A DNA stretch of 62,678 nt, filler included, from Pirum gemmata (lineage: Eukaryota): assembly GCA_002812295.1 (NCBI GenBank). It is 28 parts of 28 records of this genome, joined end to end, with 100 filler letters (N's around TTAATTAATTAA, not from the genome) between each part and the next. Parts side by side here need not be neighbours in the genome. Positions count along the whole stretch, not along the records: positions 24,319 to 26,258 come from PDIN01009802.1; positions 26,359 to 28,304 come from PDIN01009803.1; positions 28,405 to 31,162 come from PDIN01009804.1; positions 31,263 to 33,195 come from PDIN01009805.1; positions 33,296 to 35,227 come from PDIN01009806.1; positions 35,328 to 37,291 come from PDIN01009807.1; 22 more parts are not named here. One strand, written 5' to 3'. Both the position numbers and the translations under genes were made by a program. This document shows, one piece after another, positions 24,371-35,759 of the stretch. How positions within the stretch are numbered: position 1 is the stretch's first letter; every line of letters begins with the position of its first letter. The notes under the pieces are model-generated. The model had not been told where the DNA came from. It searched no databases and worked only from the letters and a program-made list of their open reading frames with translations.

Positions 24371-26119
24371 CTAGTCCCGCTGCCAGCATCCGTCTTACTA
24401 CTGGTGTTGGGCAAAATATTGCTTTCCATGAATCTGTTTGGCCATCTTTTTAAAATAAATATAAACTTTTAAATAAAAACAAAGTTTTTATTTTTATTGT
24501 TATTTTTATTGTTATTGTTATTGTTATTATTGTTGTTGTTGTTGTTATTGCTATTGTATTGTTATTGTTATTGTTATTGTTATTGTTATTGTTATTGTTA
24601 TTGTTATTATTAATGTTATTGGTATTAGGATTGGTATTAGGATTGGTATTGGTACAACGCTAACAATTACATTTTTGTGTTGATTTGGGTTATGGTCAGG
24701 GTTAGGGTTAGGGTTAGGGTAAGGGTTAGGGTAAGGGTTAGGGTAAAGTTGAGGGTGAGGGTAAAATAATGTCTAGAAAAGTAAATAACAATTACCTTCT
24801 TTTTGTTTTCGTTCTTGTTCTTGTTGAACATCAAGTTGTTTTACCTGGTATTCCACTGAACTGGCCTCTTTTTAATATATCGTGAAATTTGAATATAGAA
24901 ACGAATGATAAGGAGGTTGTCTGGTTATGGTTATGGTCGTGGTTGTGGTGGTTGGTTGTGGTGGTTGGTTGTGGTTGTGGTTGTGGTTGTGGTTGTGGTT
25001 GTGGTTGTGGTTGTGGTTGTGGTTGTGGTTGTGGTTGTGGTTGTGGTTGTGGTTGTGGTTGTGGTTGTGGTTGTGGNTTGGTTGTGGTTGTGGTTGTGGT
25101 TGTGGTTGTGGTTGTGGTTGTGGTTGTGGTTGTGGTTGTGGTTGTGGCTGTCGGTTGCAGTTGTGGTCTGTGGTTGTGGTTATTGGTTGTGGTTGTGGTT
25201 ATTGGTTGTGGTTGTGGTTGTGGTCTGTGGTTGTGGTTTGTGGTTTGTGGTTGTGTCGTAATCCAGGAGGCCCTAAGCAAGAAGATAATGCAAATGACGT
25301 CACTAAAATAATATTATATATATATATTAATGACAAAGGCCGAGGAAAATAGGATTTTTTTAATTAGGAAAAATATCGTACGTTATGTGGACAATATTTT
25401 TATGCCTCGTCATAACCACTTTCAATCCTATTTCTTCGCGACCCTCTCTCATATATTATTGTAACGTCATCCGTATTATATTAGCCTCTTACTCGAGAGC
25501 TCATATATCCTTGTTACTATAAGTAAAGCAACAAAAAGCAATATATATATATATATATTATTTTAGACCATAGTTTTATTATTTTAAACCATAGTTTTAT
25601 TATTTTAGATCGTAGTTTTATTATTTTTGGACCGTAATTTACTATTATTAGTACGTAGTTTTATTATATCAATACGTAGTTTTATTATTTTAGACCGTAG
25701 TTTTATTAATTTAGACCGTAGTTTATTATTTTAGACAGCAGGTTTATTATTTTAGACCGTAGTTTTATTATTTTAGACCATACTTTTATTATTCTAGACC
25801 GTACTTTCATTATTTTTGGACCGTAGTTTTACTATTATTAATACGTAGTTTTATTATTTTAGACTGCAGTTTTATTAATTTAGTCCATAGTTTTATTATC
25901 TTAGACCGTAGTTTTATTTTTTTTGGACCGTGGTTTTGCTATTATTAATACGTAGTTTTAATACATTAATAAGTAGTTTTATTATTTTAGACCGTAGTTT
26001 TACTATTGTTAATACGTAGTTTTATTACTTATAATAATCCAAGTTACCTTTATAAATCCTTTGTATTGTTGCTTGAGCTTCCGTATTCTTACCCTTTAAG
26101 GCAAGCCAGCGAGGTGTTT
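24371..26119 (-). CDS. Internal exons of a second MFS sugar porter (polyol transporter-like): 26119-26048, 24867-24796, 24445-24371
   Basis: Not in the ORF track. GT-AG splicing gives ETPRWLALKGKNTEAQATIQRIYK-EASSVEYQVKQLDVQQEQERKQKE-DGQTDSWKAIFCPTPVVRRMLAAGLG, which is the PESPRWL motif plus the central loop. All phases are compatible. Confidence 0.8.
24925..25255. repeat. (GGTTGT)n microsatellite inside an intron
   Basis: Directly visible. Confidence 0.9.
25558..26027. repeat. Degenerate ~21-bp minisatellite (consensus TTTTAGACCGTAGTTTTATTA), intronic
   Basis: About 22 contiguous units with no spacers. Confidence 0.85.
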
Positions 26120-27147
26120 CTAGTATACATATTATTATTATTATTACTATTTTTATTTTTATTTTTATTATTATTATTATTGTTGTTGTTGTTGCTGTTG
26201 TTATTATTGTTATTGTTGTTATTATTGTTGTTGTTTGTTGTTGTTGTTTTTGCTTGTTNNNNNNNNNNNNNNNNNNNNNNNNNNNNNNNNNNNNNNNNNN
26301 NNTTAATTAATTAANNNNNNNNNNNNNNNNNNNNNNNNNNNNNNNNNNNNNNNNNNNNCACCACCACCACCACCACTACCACCACTACCACTAATACTAC
26401 TGTTTGTTGAGGATATTATTCAGTCCTAGAATTGTATTCATAGGGTTAGGGTTAGGGTTAGGGTTAGGGTTAGGGTTAGGGTTAGGGTTAAACGACATAA
26501 ATTTGAACACTTGTGCTTCGAACTAATATTAACATTACGAAAAGCTTTATTTTTTAAAAATGAACCAAGTATTAGTATTAATAATTTTAGTATTAAATAG
26601 TTAATAATAATAATAATAACCCTTAATTACAAAGTGTTTCAAGACTCTTCATCAAATTTTTTTTTTTTTCTTGATTGATGTTTTAATAGTCAAGAATCTA
26701 AAAGAGAAACAAAGATAAACAATTACTATTTATGTTTTCGGTTATTTGTTACGGTACACGCTACAGATAAATGAGCAGACTTGTGGTCGATCAGCATCAC
26801 CACCACAAGAAATATTTTGCTCGATTACTTCAGTGGTAGTAGTAGTAGTGGTAGTAGTAGTAGTAGTAGTAGTAATAGTAGTAATAGCAATATTAGTAGT
26901 AATCTTCTATTGAAACCATCTTCTTTTTATACTGTATATTTTGAAAAAGAAAACAAATGATACTTGATAACCCAATTGCAGCTGGGCCTGTGTATTAGAT
27001 TTCATCCCAAGACCTCGTATTTTTGACAATTATTGTAAAATATCTAAAAGTCAATTTACACTAAACACGGAAATTTTTAAATTTGTCATGGAATTAGTTT
27101 TAGCTTGTACCAAACTTTTGATCCTTGTGATACTTATATAATTGAAC

Positions 27148-27374
27148 CAGGGAGATGCAGGAAAAATCGTCGATTCAAGACTTATTCGAAATTTTTAAAA
27201 AATTTTGACTTATTTTAATATTATATATATTAATCTATAGAAAAATTCTGAGAAATTTCATAAAAAAACTCGAAACTCGAAAAAAAAAATAACTTTTGAA
27301 AATTGAAAATTTGTCACTATTTAATGATTGTGATCGAGCTGTTTGATTCGATTATGTTTTCCTGCATCTCCCAG
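27148..27374. mobile_element. MITE with imperfect ~30-bp TIRs (CAGGG/CTGGG ends, hAT-like); partial copies at 44579-44668 and ~60015-60137
   Basis: CAGGGAGATGCAGGAAAA...TTTTCCTGCATCTCCCAG. The internal GTCACTATTTAAT...TGTTTGATTCGATT segment recurs in the other copies. No TSD seen. Confidence 0.7.
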
Positions 27375-28060
27375 CCGATGATGTTTGGGATAGTAGAATA
27401 ACCATTAAAAATAATAGTAAAAATAAATGAACTGAGTTCATTAATAATTCATTTTTAAAAATTAAAATTAAAAAATAAAAAGTATACTAAACCAATATAA
27501 ATGTTAAATTTAAAACCAAACATGTTGCTATAAAGCAAAATAAAAACATTTTAAAAGAAAAAATTAAAAATACAAAAGCAGCGAAATCAATTAGTGATTT
27601 TTAAAAGAATACAACAAGTCTATTAATAGATGCAAAAGTAAATTTTTACTTGCAGTATTAATTAATGTATGGATCAACTTCAACAAGAATATACAAAAAT
27701 ACAAAACAAAAAAATGCAAAAAAAAAATTAAGAGAGGTCTTAAAGAAGTTTTAAAACCTTGAAGCAATTATTGCTCGTTTATTAATATTAAAATTTTCTA
27801 GATAAATTTCATTACTTTCTATTTTGTTTATTATAATCATCATACCAGAGTTGTTATTATAATTGACCCCATAATAACATCGTAAAAAAAGTTCTTTCTC
27901 TCACCTTGGTTAGAATTCTACTTTTGCTAAGTTTTTGAAAAGATTAAAATATTAACAGAAATTTGAAACTTTTTATTAGGAAGTATGTTTTAATTTAATA
28001 ATTTTTAGTATGATAATAGTGACCTTGACCTTTACCTTTACCTTGACCTTGACCTTCAAT

Positions 28061-28236
28061 TTACTTTCTGCGAATACATGCTTCACACATTGGTTCGGTT
28101 TCACCATAAAAACTCATGTCACCGAATATCTTTCCACATCCGGTACACTTAAAACAATCTTTGTGGTATTCTGAACCCAATACTATCACATATTGACCGG
28201 TTAACTTTTGCCCACACCCAACACACACACGAGGTC
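28061..28236 (-). CDS. Terminal exon encoding a LIM domain
   Basis: Not in the ORF track. Translates as PRVCVGCGQKLTGQYVIVLGSEYHKDCFKCTGCGKIFGDMSFYGETEPMCEACIRRK*, with the canonical C-x2-C...H-x2-C-x2-C-x2-C...C-x2-C spacing and a TAG acceptor. Confidence 0.9.
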
Positions 28237-28574
28237 CTAATATATAAATAATATATATATATGTGTGTGTGTGTGTGATTATATATATATATATATATAT
28301 ATAANNNNNNNNNNNNNNNNNNNNNNNNNNNNNNNNNNNNNNNNNNNNTTAATTAATTAANNNNNNNNNNNNNNNNNNNNNNNNNNNNNNNNNNNNNNNN
28401 NNNNATTATTATATAATATAGAATAGTATTATTATTATTATCATTATTATTTTAACATTAATATTATTATTATTATTATTTATTTTTCTTTTTATTATTT
28501 TGTTTATTATTATTAATATTATCATTTATTATTTATCAAATGTTTAGCTTTAAACATTGCATACACCAACTGTT

Positions 28575-30218
28575 CTAATAAATAAATGTATTGATAGATC
28601 GAGCTTCGCTTTCAAATTTCAACATACGATTAGTTTGTTTATCTTTAATAAAAACTGTTTTACTGTGGTAATTGGTATTCAACACTACTACCACTATTTT
28701 ACCACTAGGTTGTTTGGCAGTTACAACATGGATGTGTTCCAAATTGAACACATTTTGATATTTTAGTTTAAAATCAATTACTTTTGACCCTGGCTTTAAA
28801 TATTTAGAAAAATGGCCCAAATGATAAAACATTGGTTGTTTGTAAAATCTATCATTTTTAAAATCAATTAGAACTGGGGCGTCTACTTTGTTATCTTTAT
28901 GATTCGGTCCACCTGTCATTGAGAGGGCAATATTCCAATCGACCCATGAATTAGCTCCTGCGGTAATATCAGTTATGATATCCCTACTGTAGTGTTCACC
29001 TCTTAACCATCCGCTTAATTTGAATTTAATAGGATCAATCTTTAAAAATCCTTGAATGAAGCCCTCACACGCTTCAGTGGCAATTATGTATTTGTCATTA
29101 TATCTGTCTTTTACGGATTTAATAGAGTTGTAACCCCATCCAAGCCATCCATCCAATTGCAAATACCAATGTACACCAAATCCAGCAACATACTGAGCAG
29201 CTTCAGGATCGGACATAATTGTTTTGGCGGTTTTCATTAGTGTAGGCTTTTGATCATCGTGCGCAATAATACCAACACTTGGGTGTGTTTGACGTAATTC
29301 TGGACCTAAATCTTTTTTAATGAAGTCTCTCATACTTTCAGGCGTAAACGAGCAACTATCCCAACGCGGTTCCATATACGGTTCGTTTTGTGAGGTTACT
29401 GCCCAAAAATCAATGCCTTTTTTCTTGTACTCAGTTAGAAAAGATGAAAAATATTTAGCCCAAGCTTTGAAATATGGACCCCCAGCTTCTCCTTTTAAAG
29501 AACCGCCCACTGCGTTATGATTACTCTTCATCCAAGGTGGCGGACTCCAAGGGCTAGCAAATAAGGCTAAGTCATTGTTCGCTTGTTGTGCTAGGATAAT
29601 CGCTTTTTGTATAAATTCTATTTTTCTAGATTGAACGTCAACGTCGATAGAAAAGTGTGCCATATCAAAATCATCCGCTACGTCATTATAACTGTAACTA
29701 CTTAAAGAGAAGTCAGAAGCACCAAGAGGGATTCTACTAACAGTGTATTCTATACCTGATTTACCATAATAGGTTTCCATAAAACGTGCTTGTGTCCTTG
29801 GTGATAATTTTTTAACGTTGTCAATAGTAGAATCGGTCAAAGCTCCTCCAAAACCTTTAATTTCATGGTACTCGACATCAGAATCCACTTCAATGGTAAC
29901 CGCATTTGTGAAATATGCCCTTGGTTCTTTTATACAAGCTGGGGTATCATTATCTTCATCGTCATTATTATCACCATCATTATCATTATCATTACAAATG
30001 GGTTGGAAATCTAAATAATTGACTGAAAATCGCTTACCAGAATATTTCGTAGATTCAATTTGAACTACTTTTTCTTCAAATACATGCTTTGGTATTTTTG
30101 GAAAAGCATCACAGTATGTTTTTGTGCACACGCAAGACCCCTTGGAGTTTTTGCAAGGACTTCCTGTTACCGCTATCGCAACAGAAGAACAAAATAAGAG
30201 AACTGAAATAAATTTCAT
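28575..30218 (-). CDS. Glycoside hydrolase family 30 (glucosylceramidase-like), secreted or lysosomal, intronless
   Basis: Signal peptide; motifs GFGGALTD, SRIPLGASDFS, ASPWSPPPWMK, acid/base QNEP, nucleophile TEAC, DWNIAL...GGPN, KQPMFYHLGHFSK. Confidence 0.95.
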   Translation of the reverse strand: MKFISVLLFCSSVAIAVTGSPCKNSKGSCVCTKTYCDAFPKIPKHVFEEKVVQIESTKYSGKRFSVNYLDFQPICNDNDNDGDNNDDEDNDTPACIKEPRAYFTNAVTIEVDSDVEYHEIKGFGGALTDSTIDNVKKLSPRTQARFMETYYGKSGIEYTVSRIPLGASDFSLSSYSYNDVADDFDMAHFSIDVDVQSRKIEFIQKAIILAQQANNDLALFASPWSPPPWMKSNHNAVGGSLKGEAGGPYFKAWAKYFSSFLTEYKKKGIDFWAVTSQNEPYMEPRWDSCSFTPESMRDFIKKDLGPELRQTHPSVGIIAHDDQKPTLMKTAKTIMSDPEAAQYVAGFGVHWYLQLDGWLGWGYNSIKSVKDRYNDKYIIATEACEGFIQGFLKIDPIKFKLSGWLRGEHYSRDIITDITAGANSWVDWNIALSMTGGPNHKDNKVDAPVLIDFKNDRFYKQPMFYHLGHFSKYLKPGSKVIDFKLKYQNVFNLEHIHVVTAKQPSGKIVVVVLNTNYHSKTVFIKDKQTNRMLKFESEARSINTFIY

Positions 30219-30532
30219 ATTTAATAAATTAAAAAATACTGATAAATTAAAAAATACTAATAAATTAAAAATATTATTAATATTTTAATTAATTAACAAA
30301 TTTTTAAAACGTGAACATATATTTATATATATATAATATAATACTTCCATATACTATCATAAACAANNNNNNNNNNNNNNNNNNNNNNNNNNNNNNNNNN
30401 NNNNNNNNNNNNNNNNNNNNNNNNNNNNNNNNNNNNNNNNNNNNNNNNNNNNNNNNNNNNNNNNNNNNNNNNNNNNNNNNNNNNNNATATATATATATAT
30501 ATATATTTAATATAAAAAAAAATACCTAACAG

Positions 30533-30976
30533 GCGATGATAATTTTTTTGGAAACGGAATAATAATAAAAGATTACGTACAAATTGGTTCTGAGAACTCT
30601 ATATTTGAATTTGTAAACATCGTTGACAATATTAATATCGGTGATAAAAATACAATTCCTAAGAATATAACAGTCGACCGTCATGTTGGTGATAACGAAA
30701 TATATGGCCAAAACATCGACGACGGCAACAGTACAAACATTGGAGGTATTATCGGAGGAGTACTAGCTGCATTATTAATCTTAGTAATTGTTTGTGGAGC
30801 AACCGTTTACTTAATTCGTAAAAGAAAACAGGATAATAAAACGTCACAGTATAATATGGGTAGCAATTTTACACAAGACAGTATGAAATCAAAATCAGCC
30901 GATTTCAATCCCGACGAGGAGGAACTATATGATGCAGCACTTGACGAAAGTCTTCCTCTTAATATGTGGACCAGTG
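30533..30976 (+). CDS. Internal exon of a single-pass membrane protein: hexapeptide (left-handed beta-helix-like) repeats, TM helix and cytoplasmic juxtamembrane segment
   Basis: Not in the ORF track. 444-nt stop-free exon between CTAACAG and GTAAAC: GDDNFFGNGIIIKDYVQIGSENSIFEFVNIVDNINIGDKNTI...IGGIIGGVLAALLILVIVCGATVYLI-RKRK...DEEELYD. Confidence 0.75.
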
Positions 30977-31262
30977 GTAAACCTTAACCCTAAACCTTAC
31001 CTTAAACTCTAACTAACCCTTAACCTTTAACCATAACCATTGACCCTTAATCCTAACCCTAAACCTATCCTTAATACTAACCCCTAAACTTAACCCTAAC
31101 CCTTTCTTATCACAATTATTATCATTATTCTGAATTGTAAAATCTGCTAATAATAATAATAANNNNNNNNNNNNNNNNNNNNNNNNNNNNNNNNNNNNNN
31201 NNNNNNTTAATTAATTAANNNNNNNNNNNNNNNNNNNNNNNNNNNNNNNNNNNNNNNNNNNN

Positions 31263-33160
31263 ATATATTATATTTTATAGCTCTAGTAGTAATAGTTAAC
31301 ATTGCAGTAATGATAGTAGGAGTGATAGTGGTGGTAGTAATAGTGGTAGTAGTAATAGTGGTAGCAGTGATTGATGGTAATAGTAGTAATAGATAACATT
31401 ATAGTAATAATAGTAGGAGTAATAGTGGTAGCAATAATAATGGTAGTAGTGATAGTAATAGCTAACGTTGTAGTAATAAAAGTAGGAGTAATAGTGGCAG
31501 TAGTAATTGTATTACTATTATATATTTTATAGTTCTAGCAGTAATAGTTAACATCGTAGTATTAATAGTAGGAGTAATAATGGTAGTAGTAATAGTGGTT
31601 GTAGTGATAGTAATAGTAGTGTAATAGTTAACGCTGTAGTAATAATAGTAGGGGTAATAGTGGTAGCAGTAATAGTGGTAGTAGTAATAGTAATAGTAGT
31701 AATAGTTAATGTTGTAGTAATAATATTAGGAGTAATAGTGGTTAGTAACTATTATATATTTTATAGTTCTAGTAAAGCAGTAGTGATAGTAACAATAGTA
31801 ATAGTTAACGTTGTAGTAATAATAGTAGGAATAATAGTGGTAGTAAGTAGTGATAGTGGTAGTAGTAATAGTGGTAGTGGTAATAGTGGTGGTAGTAATA
31901 GTGGTAGTAGTAATAGTGGTAGTAGTAATAATAGTAGGGGTAATAGTGGTAGCAGTAATAGTGGTAGTAGTGATAGTAACATTAGTAATAGTTAATGTTG
32001 TAGTAATAATAGTAGGAGTAATAGTGGTAGTAGTAATTATTATATATTTTATAGTTTTAGTAGTAATAGTTAACACTGTAGTAAAGCAGTAGTGATAGTA
32101 ACAATAGTAATAGTCAACGTTGTAGTAATAATAGTAGGAGTAATAGTGGTAGTAAGTAGTAATAGTGGTAGTAGTAATAGTGGTAGTAGTAATAGTGGTA
32201 GTAGTAATAATGGTAGTAGTAATAGTGGTAGTAGTAATAGTGGTAGTAGTAATAGTGGTAGTAGTAATAGTGGTAATAGTAGTAATAGTGGTAGTAGTAA
32301 TAGTGGTATAGTAATAGTAGTGGGAGTAATAGTGGTAGTGGTAGTAGTGGTAGTAGTGATAGTAATAGTAGTTATATTTAACGTTGTAGTAATATAGTAG
32401 GAGTAATAGTGGCAGTAGTGATAGTAATAGTAGTAATAGTTAACGCTATAGTAATAATAGTAGGAGTAATAGTGGTAGTAGTAATAGTATTACTATTATA
32501 TATTTTATAGTTCTAGTAGTAATAGTTGACATTGTATTTTAATAATAGTAGGAGAAAGTAATAGTGGTAGTAGTGATAGTGGCAGTAATGACAGTAATAG
32601 TAGTAATAGTTAATGCTATAGTAATAATAGTAGGAGTAATATTGGTAGTAGTAATAGTATTACTATTATATATTTTATAGTTCTAGTAGTAATAGTTAAC
32701 ATTGTAGTATGATAATAATAGTAGGAGTAAGTAATAGCGGTAGTAGTAATAGTGGTAGTAGTGTTAGATAGTAGTAATAGTTAATGTTGTAGTAGGAGTA
32801 ATAGTGGTAGTAATAATAGTATTAATATTATATACTTTATAGTTCTAGTAGTAATAGTTAACATTGTAGTAATAATAGTAAGAGTAAGTAATAGTAGTAG
32901 TAGTAATAATGGTAGTAGTGATAGTAATAGTAGCAATAGTTAAAGTTGTAGTAATAATATTAGGAGTAATAGTGGTAGTAATAATAGTATTACTATTATA
33001 TACTTTATAGTTCTAGTAGTAATAGTTAACGTTGTAGTAATAATAGTAGGAGTAATAGTGGTAGTAGTAATAGTGGTAGTAGTGATAATAATAATAGTAA
33101 TAGCTGTAAAAATAATAAAGATATTAGTAATAATAATAATAGTAATTAATTACAATAAAA

Positions 33161-33191
<31 letters not shown>

Positions 33192-33195
33192 TAGT
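31263..33195. repeat. Complex AGT/AAT-based satellite with higher-order units of ~160-460 bp
   Basis: The anchor TATATTTTATAGTTCTAGTAGTAATAGTTAAC recurs at ~31268, 31521, 31755, 32042, 32498, 32668, 32829 and 32998, separated by variable AGTAATAGTGGTAGT runs. Confidence 0.85.
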
Positions 33196-33487
33196 NNNNN
33201 NNNNNNNNNNNNNNNNNNNNNNNNNNNNNNNNNNNNNNNTTAATTAATTAANNNNNNNNNNNNNNNNNNNNNNNNNNNNNNNNNNNNNNNNNNNNACACA
33301 CATACACATGAACGCACTCACTAATATTAATTATTAATAATAATGATAATAATAATAATATTCCGTAGTCTAGATCCGGGGGTGTAACACTATCATTTTA
33401 ATATAATATACAATATAATTACTAACTGTACTGTCATGATACGGATTCCAATGTATCAGATACTACACATCCATATAAAAAGTGATG

Positions 33488-33527
<40 letters not shown>

Positions 33528-34179
33528 AAAAAATCATTTTGGCAAATCAAAAGCTTTTTTTTAAAAAAAAAGAGTCGTCAAATAACCAATTAAAACAAGC
33601 ATACTGTGATAATTTATTATAACAGATGATTGGATGATTATAATAATATCATACTGAATAAATAATAATCGTACATCGAGTTTTGGTGTTTAGTATTTTG
33701 TTTTATTTTTTTGTATATTAATATAGCTAGTATGTGTAGAAAAATAGTATTTTCTTTTTTTCGTTAATTTTGAGATTAATTAATAATTGATTAATTATTA
33801 ATAAGGTGATCCTATATTATTATAATTATTAATGTTGTGTGTAGTAATAGTAGTAGTTGTATTTATATCTGATAATGTGGCTTCTTTTTAGTCATATGGT
33901 TATAATTTATATTGTTTTTTCTTCACCCACCCACCCTTATTTACTCTGTTGAAATCGTTTTTGGAGTGAGTACAATGTCATAGTCTAAATTTATTATAAA
34001 TAATAAAAATGAATGGTTTGCAGGTACCATTAAAAAGAAGGGAACGTTACGGAACAGTTGGCATATAAATTTTGATGACGAAATAATATGGATATTAATA
34101 AGAATGTATTATTTAAATTTAATGAAAGGGCAAACCGTGCAACTATGGTGAAAACTAATATAATCGAACCTAACTTCAA

Positions 34180-34810
34180 TAAAAGAAGCAATTGTTGAAT
34201 TTGAACATAGAGAGGAATGGATAAAAAGTATTAAAAAAGAATATTTTAATTTGGTTGAAAATCAAAATTGGGAGGATATTGTAGACATGTAATTTATTTG
34301 CAAAGTAAAAAGAGACGCTGAATTTGTAAAAAGAAAATCAAGTTTAGTGGTTAGAGGGTTTTGTCAAAAACTCGGGGTTAATGCGTGGCAAACTGTGGCA
34401 CCATTTATTAGTCAGGCCGCAATTAGAGCGGTATTAGCTTTAGCTGTTTAACAATATGATGGAGTACAGACTTTTACAAGGGCACCAATGAAGAATCGGG
34501 TGATTGTGCAATTACCGGGGAAAATTGATGTAATAGACCCCTCTCAAAAGGGAAAATCTAAAAGAAAGGATTTATTAAAAAGCCTTTATGGGTTGCGAGA
34601 TGTATGTAGATAATGCTATGATCATGCTAGTTCAAAACTGGAAAATTGTTAGATGGAAAAGACTTTTTTAAGTGAGCCATGTATTTTTATTAAATGGGTT
34701 AAAAATAAGCTTGTTATTTTAAAATTGTATGTTGATGACATTGCTTTATTTATCCCTCCTGAGTTTGATTATGGCTGATTTACAAAAGGAAATAGAATTA
34801 AATTACTTTC
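34180..34810 (+). pseudogene. Decayed Ty1/copia LTR-retrotransposon reverse transcriptase fragment
   Basis: Fragments EWIKSIKKEY..LVENQNWE, LVVRGFCQKLGVN..QTVAP, LLKSLYGL, SEPCIF, LYVDD, with in-frame stops. Confidence 0.9.
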
Positions 34811-35183
34811 TATTAAAAAAGATTTTCAGAAACCCGAAAATTCCGCCTGCGGGTAATAGAAGGGTTGTACTGAGTTCGATCCTCGTTAAGAAGCCCGAAA
34901 TGTATTTTCTCTCTTTTATTATAAATCATTTTATATATGATGCCTACGACCATGTTCCTAATCGAGTTCGATTTTTTGATTTTTCAATTACATCACTTAC
35001 AATGTTACTCTCCGCATAATTATTTTGCCGCCTTTTTTTATTTGAAGGTAATCTAAAAGATTTTCGAACCCCCAAAATCCCGCCAGAAGTTTTACTTTTT
35101 TCTGGGGAAGAATCGTATCGGCCTAGACTTGGATCGAGACTGGGGCCTAATGGTGGAGAAAGTTTGTGCGAAATGGCTTCGTC

Positions 35184-35227
<44 letters not shown>

Positions 35228-35759
35228 NNNNNNNNNNNNNNNNNNNNNNNNNNNNNNNNNNNNNNNNNNNNTTAATTAATTAANNNNNNNNNNNNNNNNN
35301 NNNNNNNNNNNNNNNNNNNNNNNNNNNATGAATAAATGAATGAATGAATGAATGAATGAATGAATGAATGAATGAATGAATGAATGAATGAATGAATGTA
35401 AATAAATAAATAAGTAAGTAAGTAAGTAAGTAAATGAATGAATAACTAAATAACTAAATAATGATATAGTCAGTAGATCATAATAGTTATCGAAAAACAA
35501 TTAGAATAAATTTAAATTGCAGTGATATTTCGTAACAGTCTACTGTGTTAAGTTAAATAATAATATAGGTAAAACAATGGAAAATAATAAAAAATAGGTT
35601 TTCTTGTCGTATTTTCATTTTCCATTTTTGTAGTTTTACATGTATCTGTAGTGTTTTTGCCGGTGCTACTGCTTTTGTTGTTATCTTTGCTTTCTCGTTA
35701 TTTAACCTTTTTCTTAATAAAACATTTGTATTTTTTTAACTATACTTATATCCTTAAAT

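Noticed and set aside
25558..26027. 21-bp repeat array as a possible CRISPR array
   Set aside because: Units are contiguous and degenerate with no unique spacers, lie in a eukaryotic intron, and there are no cas genes.
22350..26119. Apparent cluster of two sugar transporters near a GH30 gene (sugar-utilisation cluster)
   Set aside because: The genes are on different pieces separated by artificial spacers; the adjacency is not real.
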